64,000 nucleotides of DNA from Candidatus Eiseniibacteriota bacterium (lineage in GTDB: Bacteria; Eisenbacteria; RBG-16-71-46; CAVPCR01). The position numbers were made by a program, and so were the translations under genes. The DNA is taken from assembly GCA_963823555.1 (NCBI GenBank), contig CAWGMA010000003.1, positions 32,001-96,000 on the forward strand. The letters are read 5' to 3'. The notes beneath the pieces were generated by a model. That model saw only the letters and a program-made list of their open reading frames with translations. It made no database searches and was not told the DNA's origin. Positions 38,703 to 52,240 of this stretch are shown here, piece after piece. Each line of letters opens with the position of its first letter. Positions within the stretch are counted from its first letter, which is position 1.

Positions 38703-39977
38703 CTACCGTTCGAGGACCATGGCGGCGCCCTGCCCGCCGCCGACGCTCACGGTCACGAGCCCGAGGTTCACGTCACGCCGGTCCATCTCCCTGATCAGCG
38801 TGAGAACGAGGCGCGCGCCGGAGGCGCCCACCGGGTGGCCGAGCGCGATCGCGCCGCCGTTCACGTTCAAGCGATCCCGATCGATCTCCCCGATCGCCGT
38901 CCCTCGTCCCAGATTCGCCGCGGCGAAGGTCCGCGAGGCGAAGGCCGCCTCGTTGGCAAGAACGAAGGCGGCGAAGGCCTCGTGCATCTCGATGAGCTGG
39001 ATGTCGCGAAAGTCGACCCGCCCCAGGTCGAGGGCCCGGGGCGTAGCGTGGGCGGGGCCGAGGCCCATGCGCGCGGGCTCCACCCCCACCACGGCATGGG
39101 ACCGGATGCGGGCGAGCGGATGGAGACCCAGCTCGCGCGCCCGCCGGACGCTCGTGACGAGGCAGATCGCCGCTCCGTCGGCGATCCCGGCGGCGTTGCC
39201 GGCCGTCACCGTGCCATAGCGCCCATCGAAGATCGGCTCGCGCCCGGCCAGATCCTCGGCGGTCAGGGCACTGTCGGGACCCTCGTCCTCGGCCACCACC
39301 GGCGTCTCCCCGCTGTGAGGATAGACGGGCACGATCTCGGCCGCGAGCCTGGGCCGCGCGGCCACCGCCCGGCGGTGGCTCAGGAGCGCCAGATCGTCCT
39401 GCGCCTCCCGCGAGATCTTCCATTCCTTCGCCAGCATCTCCGCCGACTCGCCAGGATGAAGGCCGGAGAGCGGATCGACGGCCCCCCGCTCGCGGGCCGC
39501 GGCCACGCGCCCCGCCGGCCGCCGGCCGGTGGCGGTCGAGACCGCCGCTCGCGGGCGGAGCCACGGGATGTCGGCGCGCACCGCCTCGGCGTCATCGACG
39601 AGCAGGAGGGGAGAGCGGCTCATCGATTCCACGCCTCCCGCAACGACGACGCTCGCCGCGCCGGTGGCGACGAGTCGCGTCGCGGCGGCGATGGCCTCGA
39701 GACCGGAAGCACCGTTCAGGTTGATGACGGAGGCGGATACACGGGGCGGGAGGCCGGCCTCGATGGCGATCACGCGGGCCACGTTGGCGGCCTCGTCGGG
39801 AGCGGAGACATTCCCGATCACGACATGATCGATGAGCGCGGGATCGAGAGCGGTGCGATCGATGAGCTCACGGAGCGCGATCCGCGCCATCTGCGCGGCG
39901 GGAACGCCACGCAGGAGCTTCCCCGCCCGCGAGAACGGGGTGCGCACTCCATCGACGATGGCGATCTCGCCGACCAC
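38703..39977 (-). CDS. fadI: Thiolase-fold protein (FadI-like) lacking both catalytic cysteines
   Basis: GVRTPF, GGVESMS, GTVTAGNA, HEAFA, NVNGGAIALGHPVGASGAR, GGGQG. Confidence 0.88.
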   Translation of the reverse strand: MVGEIAIVDGVRTPFSRAGKLLRGVPAAQMARIALRELIDRTALDPALIDHVVIGNVSAPDEAANVARVIAIEAGLPPRVSASVINLNGASGLEAIAAATRLVATGAASVVVAGGVESMSRSPLLLVDDAEAVRADIPWLRPRAAVSTATGRRPAGRVAAARERGAVDPLSGLHPGESAEMLAKEWKISREAQDDLALLSHRRAVAARPRLAAEIVPVYPHSGETPVVAEDEGPDSALTAEDLAGREPIFDGRYGTVTAGNAAGIADGAAICLVTSVRRARELGLHPLARIRSHAVVGVEPARMGLGPAHATPRALDLGRVDFRDIQLIEMHEAFAAFVLANEAAFASRTFAAANLGRGTAIGEIDRDRLNVNGGAIALGHPVGASGARLVLTLIREMDRRDVNLGLVTVSVGGGQGAAMVLER

Positions 39978-39980
39978 GGG

Positions 39981-41453
39981 CTAGGGGGCCTCCTCCGTCT
40001 CGGGGGTGCGCGCTCCAGCTGAATCGACGCCGCCAGCGACCACCGCTCTCACCCCCATCTGGGGTCCAGAGGGACCGGGCGCGGAGGGCGCATGCTCGGT
40101 GCGCCGCACGAAGTAGTTCTTGCGCACCCCGGCGAGCCACTCCTCGGTGAGAACCACGGCGCGTTCCTCGAGCATGCGCATCCGGAGTCGCTCCTGGACC
40201 TCCTCGTAGCTGTACTCGCCGCCGCCTTCCCGCTTGAGCACCTTGAAGATGTGATATCCGGCGTCCGAGCTCACGCCCTCGCTGATCTGGCCGGCAGCGA
40301 GCCCGCGCACGGCCGCTGCGATCACGGGATTCAGCTCGGCCTCATCGAAATCGCCGAGGCTGCCGCCCTTCTCGGCGCTCTCGAGATCATCCGAGTGCTC
40401 GCGGGCGAGAGCGGCAAAGTCGGCGCCGTCCTTGGCCAGCTTGTGCACCTTCTCGGCTTCCGTGCGCGCGCGCTGGCGATCGGCTTCACTGAGCTCGATC
40501 GCCACCCTGATGTGGGCGAGATGAGCCCGTTCCCCCTCGCGCTCGATGAGCCGGATGATCTCGACGCCCTGCGGCACCTGGAAGGGCGGGGAGATGTCGC
40601 CCGGCGCGAGCTTCTGGACCTCGGCGGCAATCCGCGGGTCGATGTCGCCCGGCGCGAACCAGCCGAGGTCCCCCGCGTTCTGGCGGCTCGCGGCGTCATC
40701 CGACTCCTCGCGAGCGATGGTTGCGAAGTCCTCACCGGCCGTGAGACGGCCCTCGATGCGATCGAGCTTGGCCTGGGCGCGAGCGATGGCCTCCTCGTTG
40801 GCCTTGAGCGCGATGAAGATGTGGGCCAGCGTGAGCTTGCCCGGCTTCTTGGGCAGCTCGGAACGGTGCTCCTCGTAGTAGGCCTTGAGCTCCGTCTCGG
40901 GGATCTCGATCTTCGAGTAGACCTCGCGCTGCATGAGCCGCGAGGTCAGGATCTCCCGCCGCGCATCCTCGCGGTAGCGCGCGCGCAGGTCCTCCTCGGT
41001 GAGACCTTCCTTCTTGAGCTCCTGCTGGAAGACCTCATCGCCCCCCATCTGCTGCTTGACCGAGTCGAGATGCTGGCTGACGGCCTGCTCGACCTCGACG
41101 TCGGTGACCGTGATGCCCCGGGCGCGCGCTTCCTGCACCACGATCTTCTCGTCGATGAGGCTCTGCAAGATCTCCTCGCGGGCGCGGGCGATGCTGGTGT
41201 CGGGGAGGTTGGCGCGCATGCGGAGGAAGGCGAGCTGCTCCTCGACCTCGCTCGAGAGCACCACCTCGTCGCCGACCTGGGCGGCAACCCCCTCGACCAT
41301 GCTCGGCTCGCCGGCCCCGGAGCGCGGCGCCACGATCACGAGACCAGCGAGGATCGCCGTCAGGAATGCGCTGGACACAAGGGTGGCTCGACCCTGATGC
41401 GGCTTCGAATCCGCCGCGGATCGGGCCTCGATCGAATCGTCATGGATGGACAA
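39981..41453 (-). CDS. surA: SurA-like peptidyl-prolyl isomerase/chaperone (two parvulin domains); start uncertain
   Basis: VAAQVGDEVVLSSEV, two HI...F..A.E.SDD...GDLG motifs; TTG start after AAAGGA. In the ORF track it is artefactually fused to the mfd N-terminus. Confidence 0.82.
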   Translation of the reverse strand: MSIHDDSIEARSAADSKPHQGRATLVSSAFLTAILAGLVIVAPRSGAGEPSMVEGVAAQVGDEVVLSSEVEEQLAFLRMRANLPDTSIARAREEILQSLIDEKIVVQEARARGITVTDVEVEQAVSQHLDSVKQQMGGDEVFQQELKKEGLTEEDLRARYREDARREILTSRLMQREVYSKIEIPETELKAYYEEHRSELPKKPGKLTLAHIFIALKANEEAIARAQAKLDRIEGRLTAGEDFATIAREESDDAASRQNAGDLGWFAPGDIDPRIAAEVQKLAPGDISPPFQVPQGVEIIRLIEREGERAHLAHIRVAIELSEADRQRARTEAEKVHKLAKDGADFAALAREHSDDLESAEKGGSLGDFDEAELNPVIAAAVRGLAAGQISEGVSSDAGYHIFKVLKREGGGEYSYEEVQERLRMRMLEERAVVLTEEWLAGVRKNYFVRRTEHAPSAPGPSGPQMGVRAVVAGGVDSAGARTPETEEAP

Positions 41454-41554
41454 GGGAACCCGTCCTTTGCGGGAGGCAAGAGGCTGCCGATCGCAGTGAT
41501 CTGGCGCCGCGAATGGAGGCCGATCCGAGACTGTGACATTCCCCCAAGCCAAGG

Positions 41555-45218
<3,664 letters not shown>

Positions 45219-45498
45219 GGAACTTCCAGGCTGTGGGGCCAGGGCGGACCCTTCCGGTGGTTCGGGCTCGAGAGCTCCCGGGTCATGATCGCCGTGCGTC
45301 CTTCGGCTTGCCTCTTGGAGGTGACACGCTGGCGTGGCAACATGGGCTCGATGTGCGTGGCCCGGGCCGAGCCTCGAGAGGCGAAGCGATTGAGTCTACC
45401 CGGGCGGGCAAGACCGGCGCAATTTCGAGTCGGCGCACCATCATGTCCAGGCTCAGCCGGAGTGCCGGCGATCCGTGGCTGGATCGATGGAGGTCGGA

Positions 45499-46350
45499 AT
45501 GGACGGCGGATGGGACGATCGCGACCTGAGAAACGACCCGGACCAGGACCGAGAAGCGGGCGAGACGGGCAGCGGCACGGGACAGCCGCCCCGTGAGGCC
45601 TCACCTCCACGCGAGGAGCCACCCACCACCGGAGGAACACCGCCGGGCGGGCCGCCCCTCGGCGCGCCCCCGGGCTACGGATCGCCGCCTCCTCCCTCCG
45701 GGCCCGGCGGCATTCCCTGGGAACAGCGCGATCGGATCGGCTTCTTCCCGGCTCTGATCGAGACCATCAAGCAGTCTCTCTTCCAGCCCTCGACTTTCTT
45801 CTCGCGGCTCCCTCCGCAGGGACCCGTGCCGCCACCGCCGCTCGGCGCCGTCGGCAGCCCGCTCCTGTTCGCGATCCTCGTCGGCGTGCCGGCCGTCATC
45901 ATGAGCATCTACTGGCAGTCGCTGCTGAGCTCGCTCGGCCTCTATCAGGGCGGCGATGCGGCCGAGGCCTTCTTCAGCATCGGCACCACCGTCCTAGTGG
46001 CCGCGCTCTCCCCCGTCTGGATCCCGATCAGCATCCTGATCACGGCCGCTGTCATCCATCTCTTCCTCATGCTGGTCGGCGGAGCTCGGGAGGGATTCCT
46101 CGCCACCTTCCGTGTCCTCTGCTACGCCTCGGCGCCCGAGCTGTTCCAGCTCGTCCCTGTCTGCGGCGGGCTCGTGAGCACCGTCTGGTGGCTCGTCATC
46201 GCCGTGATCGGATTGAAGGAAGTGCATCGGACCACCCTTGGCCGCTCGCTCGCCGCCGTCCTCCTGCCGGCGCTCGTCTGCTGTGGAATCGTCCTCTACA
46301 TGCTGATGCTGGCGGGAGTCGCGGGCTGGCTGGGGCTGCAATCGCTCTGA
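45499..46350 (+). CDS. YIP1-family membrane protein
   Basis: Pro-rich N-terminus, PWEQR..IGF, ~5 TM helices, F.ATFRV.CY. Confidence 0.8.
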   Translation: MDGGWDDRDLRNDPDQDREAGETGSGTGQPPREASPPREEPPTTGGTPPGGPPLGAPPGYGSPPPPSGPGGIPWEQRDRIGFFPALIETIKQSLFQPSTFFSRLPPQGPVPPPPLGAVGSPLLFAILVGVPAVIMSIYWQSLLSSLGLYQGGDAAEAFFSIGTTVLVAALSPVWIPISILITAAVIHLFLMLVGGAREGFLATFRVLCYASAPELFQLVPVCGGLVSTVWWLVIAVIGLKEVHRTTLGRSLAAVLLPALVCCGIVLYMLMLAGVAGWLGLQSL

Positions 46351-46358
46351 GTCGGGCC

Positions 46359-46784
46359 ATGGACCCTGAGACCGCGAGAAGAAGGGCCGATCGCCGCACG
46401 CTCGCCCTCCTCGGAGGCGTCGCTGCGGCGATGCTGCTCTTCCTGTTGAGCCTGCCGCCGGCGGGCGCGCTACTCGGGGCCCTATCGGGGGCCGGCCTCA
46501 TCGCCTGCCCATTCCACGCGCTCACCGGGATTCCCTGCCCCGGGTGCGGCGGCACGCGCGCCCTCGTCCGCCTGGCCAGCGCGGACCCGAGCGGTGCTTT
46601 CGCCCTGAACCCGCTCGTCTCGATGGCCGTACTTGGTGCGCTGTCGATCGCCGCGCTGGCACTCCTGGCGCCGTCGACCTGTGACCGCGTCCTCGATCGC
46701 GGCGGGCGTTTCCTGTCGACCCGCGCCGGCCGCCTGCTCCTGGGCGGAATGCTCCTGGCGGAGGTGGTCTTCGCGGCTCGCTGA
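46359..46784 (+). CDS. DUF2752 membrane protein
   Basis: CPFHALTGIPCPGCGGTRA...AF.LNPL. Confidence 0.85.
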   Translation: MDPETARRRADRRTLALLGGVAAAMLLFLLSLPPAGALLGALSGAGLIACPFHALTGIPCPGCGGTRALVRLASADPSGAFALNPLVSMAVLGALSIAALALLAPSTCDRVLDRGGRFLSTRAGRLLLGGMLLAEVVFAAR

Positions 46785-46826
46785 AGCGACGAGGGTGAGG
46801 GGGAATGGCTGCCGCGGCGGCCGGGC

Positions 46827-48938
46827 TCAGCTGGCCGCCGGAGTGAACGCCCCCTTGCCCCGCGAGAGGAGCACCTCGACCACCAGCATGGCGAGCGCGA
46901 GGAGGAGAATCGGCCGCCACAGCTCGCGCCCCTGCCTGATCTCCCGCACATTCGCCTCGACGTCTCGATCGGCGCTCACATAGGCGAATGGATGATCCGC
47001 GAAGAGACCCTTGAGCTCATCCACGTCCGCGACCGTGAGGTCGCTCTCACGGGTATCGGTGTTGACGGCGGTGAGAGCCACGTCGGCGCCCGAGTCGTCG
47101 ACGATTGGATAGATGCCAGGTCGCTCGATGGGCGGCGTGCGCAGGAGGAGAAACGCCCCGCGATCGACCGCCTCGACCGGGATCTCGCTCCCATCCGGGG
47201 CCACGGCACGATAGCGGGTCGGCGACTCCGGAACGGCCACGAGGCGCTCGATCCGATCCCCGGCCAGGACGACAGCCGCATCCCCCGTGGCGCGGGTCAG
47301 GTACCTGACCGCCTGATGCAGCATGGGCACGAAGGCGCCGCTCGTCGGCAGGTCGTTCCAGGCGCGATCGACCGAGGAGGCGAAGAACAGCACGCCTTCA
47401 CCCTCGACCATCGCCGGCAGATCGGGACGGAACTCAGCGATCACGCGCGCCCCGTTCGGCACCACCTTCACCACCCGCGTGAAGCGGGCATGCGTCAGGC
47501 GCTCGCCGGGTTCGGCACCGAATCCAGTGAACACCGGATGGCCGATCACCGTGGGCGTGAGCTGGAAGGTCCCCCTGGCCGCGGCACCGGCTGCTCCCCC
47601 TCCTGACTCGATGACGCCGGCGAGCTTGATCGGCAGGAAGCCCGGAAGGACGCGGTCGCTGTAGAAGCGGAGGTCGCTCGCCTCACCAGGGAAGATGAGA
47701 AGGCCGCCGCCATTGCGCACGAAGGCGCGCAGGCGCTCGATCGCGTCCTGGTCGAGCCGACCCGGGCCGGCCAGGATGAGGACACTCATCTCGCGCAGAT
47801 CGGTCCGCCCGAGATCCGTCGCGACAATGGGTCGCGCCTCGTACGGACCCCGGCCGGGATCCGGCTCGAGGCCGAGCCGGACAAAGGACCCTGCCATGCT
47901 GCCCTGATCCGCCACCACGCCGATGATCGGCCTCCCCTCGTCACCGAGGACGAAGTAGCGGACATCGTCGATCGAGAGCCCATCCTCGGGAATGCTCACC
48001 CGTCCGGACCGCTCGGGCCAGGGACCCGGGCCGAGATCGATCCGCACCCGGGAGCTCGCTCCGGCGGGGAGCGAGGCGAACACCTCCGCCACCCGGCTCT
48101 CGCCGACGAGGGCCCGCACCGGAACGGCGGCCTGCTCGCGAGCGCTGTGATTGGTGAGCTGGACATCGAGCGCCACGTCGGTCCCGCGCAGGCGATCGTG
48201 CTCCACCCGGACATCATCGATCGAGATGTTCTCCACCTGCTCGTCGCCGAGCCCGAGGAGGCACACCGTGGCCCCGTCCGGCAGGTCCACACCCGTGGTG
48301 GCCGAATCGGCCGGTGACGGCCACCCCGAGCGCTGGAGGTCGGAGATCACGAAGAGCTCGCGGTTCAGGTTCTTGCTGGACTTGAGGAGTCGGCTGGCCA
48401 GCATGAGCCCCTCGCGCATCGACCCCGCGCGGTAGGTCGGCTCGATCTTCTCGGCCTGATCGCGAAGCAAGCCGAGATCCTCGACCGCGTAGGGCGTCAT
48501 GCTCTCGGCGCCGGCATCCGCCGTGATCAGGTAGGCCTCGTCCTCGTCGGCGAGCAACGAGAGCACCTCGGCCGCCCGCTCCCGGGCCGCGACGAAGACC
48601 GGCTCGCCCTCCCGAGCGGCCCGCATCGACCCGCTGGTGTCGAGCACGATGGCGACCGTGCTGGGCGCCTTGCCCCCGGCGCGGAGGCTGCCGGTCAGGG
48701 CCGGGCGTCCCATGGCCAGCGCGAAGAGAACGATGGCGAGAACCCGGAGAACGAGCAGCAGGAGCTGGCGGAGCTTGACGCGGCGAATACGCTGGCGGTT
48801 CAGCTCACGCAGGAAGCGTGTCGAGCTCCACAGGATACGCCGCGCCCGCCGGCGGCTGAACAGGTGGATCAGGATCGGCAGGGCAGCGGCGGCGATCCCC
48901 GCCAGGAAGATTGCATTGAGGAAGCTCAAGCCCGGCAT
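46827..48938 (-). CDS. BatA + vWA domain membrane protein
   Basis: FLN..FL...PILIHL BatA motif; DTSGSM MIDAS; ISDLQ; C-terminal ELW TM helix. Confidence 0.88.
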   Translation of the reverse strand: MPGLSFLNAIFLAGIAAAALPILIHLFSRRRARRILWSSTRFLRELNRQRIRRVKLRQLLLLVLRVLAIVLFALAMGRPALTGSLRAGGKAPSTVAIVLDTSGSMRAAREGEPVFVAARERAAEVLSLLADEDEAYLITADAGAESMTPYAVEDLGLLRDQAEKIEPTYRAGSMREGLMLASRLLKSSKNLNRELFVISDLQRSGWPSPADSATTGVDLPDGATVCLLGLGDEQVENISIDDVRVEHDRLRGTDVALDVQLTNHSAREQAAVPVRALVGESRVAEVFASLPAGASSRVRIDLGPGPWPERSGRVSIPEDGLSIDDVRYFVLGDEGRPIIGVVADQGSMAGSFVRLGLEPDPGRGPYEARPIVATDLGRTDLREMSVLILAGPGRLDQDAIERLRAFVRNGGGLLIFPGEASDLRFYSDRVLPGFLPIKLAGVIESGGGAAGAAARGTFQLTPTVIGHPVFTGFGAEPGERLTHARFTRVVKVVPNGARVIAEFRPDLPAMVEGEGVLFFASSVDRAWNDLPTSGAFVPMLHQAVRYLTRATGDAAVVLAGDRIERLVAVPESPTRYRAVAPDGSEIPVEAVDRGAFLLLRTPPIERPGIYPIVDDSGADVALTAVNTDTRESDLTVADVDELKGLFADHPFAYVSADRDVEANVREIRQGRELWRPILLLALAMLVVEVLLSRGKGAFTPAAS

Positions 48939-48962
48939 CGCCGCCCGTCCCCGCCCCCGGCC

Positions 48963-49865
48963 CTAGTGCAGCCGCGCCCGCTTCTCGATGAAACGGAGAA
49001 GCGCCCGGTCGAAAGGGGTCTTGTTGGTGATCGGTACGAACTCGATCTGCTGCTCGCCACAGGCGCGGCGGTAGGCCTCCGTCCAGTCCGCGACCGTCTT
49101 CCGATACTCGTTCGCCACCACCCAGGACTGGGCGACGACCTCCTCCCCGCTCTCGAGATCGACGAACCCGAGCTCGTCGTGGAACGGGAAGGCACACTCG
49201 TCCTCATCGAGGATCTGGAACACGATCACGTCATGCTGCTTGTAGCGAAAGTGCTTGAGCCCCTGCAGGACCTGTTCGGGATCATCGAGGAGATCGGAGA
49301 GCACGATCACGAGACCGCGCCGCCGGATGCGATCGGCGATCTGCGACAGGCAGGTCCCGACATCGGTGGTGACACCCTGCTCGGCCTGCTCGAGCTCCTT
49401 GAGGATGACGCGCAGATGCCTGAGCACCGAGCGCGAGGGAATGTAGCGGCGGATCGAGTCGGCAAAGAGCAGGAGGCCGACCGCGTCCTGCTGGTGGAGC
49501 ATCAGGTAGGCCAGCGCCGCGGCCAGGTGCTTGGCGTATTCGAGCTTGGAGATGGCCCCCGCGCCGGCATAGGTCATGGACCGGCTGACATCGAGCAGGA
49601 TGTGAGCCCTGAGGTTGGTCTCGTCCTCGTACTGCTTGATGTAGAAGCGATCCGACTTGGCGTAGACCTTCCAGTCGAGGTCGCGAATCGGGTCGCCAGG
49701 CATGTACTGGCGATGCTCGGCGAACTCGACCGAGAAGCCGTGGTAGGGACTCCGGTGCAGACCCGTCATGAAGCCCTCGACCACCAGCTTGGCCTTCAGG
49801 TCGAGCTTGCGGAGGCGGGAGATGATGTTCGGATCGAGGTACTGGCGGGTCTCTGGAGCTGCCAT
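48963..49865 (-). CDS. DUF58 protein (MoxR-associated)
   Basis: GLHRSPYHGFSVEFAEHRQY.PGD..R.LDWK, DVSRSM. Confidence 0.92.
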   Translation of the reverse strand: MAAPETRQYLDPNIISRLRKLDLKAKLVVEGFMTGLHRSPYHGFSVEFAEHRQYMPGDPIRDLDWKVYAKSDRFYIKQYEDETNLRAHILLDVSRSMTYAGAGAISKLEYAKHLAAALAYLMLHQQDAVGLLLFADSIRRYIPSRSVLRHLRVILKELEQAEQGVTTDVGTCLSQIADRIRRRGLVIVLSDLLDDPEQVLQGLKHFRYKQHDVIVFQILDEDECAFPFHDELGFVDLESGEEVVAQSWVVANEYRKTVADWTEAYRRACGEQQIEFVPITNKTPFDRALLRFIEKRARLH

Positions 49866-49923
49866 CGGCTTGAGTCCGTTGATCGCTTTCTATTCTTCGG
49901 GTGTTCCTATCGCGGCCGGGATC

Positions 49924-50970
49924 TCACCGCCCCGGGCCCACCGGGACCGGGGTCTCCGCCAGGAGGCGGTCGACGATCTCTCCGGCCCCGATACCTTCCG
50001 ACTCGGCGGTGAAGTTGGTGACGATGCGGTGCCGTAGCACCGAGGGCGCCACGGCGCGCACGTCCTCGATCGTGGGCGAATAGCGGCCGAGGAGAACGGC
50101 GCGGCACTTGGCCCCGAGCACGAGGTACTGGGAGGCTCGCGGGCCCGCCCCCCACCCGACGTAGTCCTTGATGAACTGCGGAGATTCGTCGGCCTTCGGC
50201 CGGGTCAACCGCGCCAGCTTGACCGCGTACTTCACCACGTGCTCGCCCACGGGAACGCGGCGCACGAGCTTCTGCAAGCTCATGATGTCGTCACCCGAGA
50301 GCACTCGCTCGAGCTCGGCCTCGTAGGCGCTCGTGGTCGAGGTGACGATCTCGACCTCCTCGTCCTCCGATGGGTAGTCGACGTGGATGTTGAACATGAA
50401 GCGGTCGAGCTGCGCTTCGGGCAGCGGATAGGTGCCCTCGAGCTCGATCGGATTCTGGGTGGCCAGCACGAAGAACGGGCGCTCGAGCCCGTAGGTCTCC
50501 CCGCCCGCCGTCACCTGGTACTCCTGCATGGCCTGGAGCAGGGCGGCCTGCGTCTTCGGCGGGGTGCGGTTGATCTCGTCGGCCAGGACGATGTTGGCGA
50601 AGACCGGACCGCGGATGAACTTGAAGGCCCGCTTGCCCGTGGTCGAATCCTCCTCGATGATGTCGGTGCCGGTGATGTCGGAGGGCATCAGGTCGGGCGT
50701 GAACTGGATGCGGTTGAAACGGAGATCGAGGACATCGGCCAGGCTGTGAATGAGCAGTGTCTTGGCCAGCCCCGGAACGCCGATGAGCAGGCAGTGGCCA
50801 CCGGCGAAGAGGGCGATCAGGAGCTCCTCGATCACGCGCTCCTGCCCGACGATGACCTTGCGGATCTCGGCCAGAATGCGGTCGTGGGCCTGCTTCATGG
50901 TCTCGACGGCGCGGACGTCGTCTTCGTGAGTGGTCGTTGTCGCCGACAAGCGGTCCTCCTTAGGGATCAT
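49924..50970 (-). CDS. moxR: MoxR family AAA+ ATPase
   Basis: GVPGLAKT, RIQFTPDLMPSDITG, DEINRTPPKTQAALL, ATQNPIE.EGTYPLPEAQLDRF. Confidence 0.95.
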   Translation of the reverse strand: MIPKEDRLSATTTTHEDDVRAVETMKQAHDRILAEIRKVIVGQERVIEELLIALFAGGHCLLIGVPGLAKTLLIHSLADVLDLRFNRIQFTPDLMPSDITGTDIIEEDSTTGKRAFKFIRGPVFANIVLADEINRTPPKTQAALLQAMQEYQVTAGGETYGLERPFFVLATQNPIELEGTYPLPEAQLDRFMFNIHVDYPSEDEEVEIVTSTTSAYEAELERVLSGDDIMSLQKLVRRVPVGEHVVKYAVKLARLTRPKADESPQFIKDYVGWGAGPRASQYLVLGAKCRAVLLGRYSPTIEDVRAVAPSVLRHRIVTNFTAESEGIGAGEIVDRLLAETPVPVGPGR

Positions 50971-51126
50971 CGCTTCCGCTGAAGCATCTGAAGCATCGAT
51001 GGAGCAGAGGTCGCGGCCGCTGGCAGGTTGCGGGACCGGTTGAGAAGGGGCTGCGGTCCGGGGTCCAGCTCGAAAGCAAGCTCTTGCAGCTTAGCAGGTT
51101 GCGGTGCCGGAAGCAGCCGAGATCGG

Positions 51127-51135
51127 TTATCCACA
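51127..51135 (+). promoter_or_regulatory. Perfect DnaA box TTATCCACA
   Basis: Exact consensus in the M23-moxR intergenic region, followed by an overlapping degenerate AAATCCACT. Confidence 0.55.
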
Positions 51136-51216
51136 AATCCACTGCGCAGGCCTAGAACCCGGCCCCAGGGGCGGGGTTCCCGGCCGGGAGTCGCGACTCC
51201 GGACCACCTGGGGCTG

Positions 51217-51270
51217 GGCCGTCCTACCGGATCACCAGGCGCAAGGCCGTCCTACCGGGTCACCAGGCGC
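51217..51270. repeat. 26-bp tandem duplication covering the M23 gene stop codon
   Basis: GGCCGTCCTACCGG(A/G)TCACCAGGCGC at 51217-51242 and 51245-51270. Confidence 0.9.
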
Positions 51271-52223
51271 CGGGGATCCACCGGACGCCCGCCGCGCCGG
51301 ATCTCGAAGTGGACGTGCGGTGCCGTGCTCTCCCCGGTCGATCCGACCTTGGCGATCTCCTGACCGGCTCGAACCGAGTCGCCCATCCCGACCATGATCC
51401 GCGAGTTGTGACCGTAGAGACTCTGCAACCTGCCTCCGTGATCGATCACCACCATGTACCCGAACACGCTGTCGATCCCGACGCTCGCCACGACCCCAGG
51501 CGCCGCCGCCAGCACGGGAGTGCCATGAGGCGCGGCGATGTCGACGCCGTGATGCTCGCGTGCCGGAGTGGTGTTGACCTGGAAGCCCTTGGAGACAACC
51601 CCCTCAACCGGCCAGCGGAAGGCAGGCGCGCCCGATGCCTGTACTGCCGCTTCGGTCGGGCGGGCCCCCCCTGCCTGATGGCTCGGCTCGGCAGGGCGGG
51701 CGCCGGGCGGGAGTAACGGAATCGGAATGGCCGGCACGTTTCGGCGCGCCGTCTCATCGGAACCGCTTCCGGACTCGCGAGTCCCCTCCGCCGCAACGAC
51801 GCTACCAGCCGTCGCAGCCGACGATCGCTTGCTCGGCGGGGGCTTCGTCCCGGAGCCGCCTACAGCTTCATCGTTCCCGGAGCCGGCGCCTGCCAGGAAG
51901 AGAATCTGCTCGCGTAATCCATCCAGCTCTTCGAGCTCGCTGGCCAGCACTTCGACCTTCCGGTTCTCGATACGGAGCGCGGCGTTTTCCTCTTCGATCT
52001 CGTGCAGGCGCCTGAGCTCCGCGCCCATGCGCGCGGTGAGCACACCTCCGCCGACGACGAGCACCGCCAGCGCCGCCGCGCTGGCGAGCGCCGCATTGAA
52101 GAGCCAGTCGGGAACGCTCAGTACGATAGGCCGCCCGGCTCCGTCGCGGGTGACCGAGATCTGGACGCGCCGGCCAGTTGGCGGGCGGTCCTCGTGACCG
52201 GAGTGTTCGCCGGAGTCAGTCAT
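51252..52223 (-). CDS. M23 family metallopeptidase (TM + coiled coil + LytM)
   Basis: HHGVDIAAP (HxxxD), YGHNS, GSTGESTAPHVHFEIR (HxH). Confidence 0.92.
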   Translation of the reverse strand: MTDSGEHSGHEDRPPTGRRVQISVTRDGAGRPIVLSVPDWLFNAALASAAALAVLVVGGGVLTARMGAELRRLHEIEEENAALRIENRKVEVLASELEELDGLREQILFLAGAGSGNDEAVGGSGTKPPPSKRSSAATAGSVVAAEGTRESGSGSDETARRNVPAIPIPLLPPGARPAEPSHQAGGARPTEAAVQASGAPAFRWPVEGVVSKGFQVNTTPAREHHGVDIAAPHGTPVLAAAPGVVASVGIDSVFGYMVVIDHGGRLQSLYGHNSRIMVGMGDSVRAGQEIAKVGSTGESTAPHVHFEIRRGGRPVDPRRLVTR

Positions 52224-52240
52224 GACCAGAGCCAGCCAGA

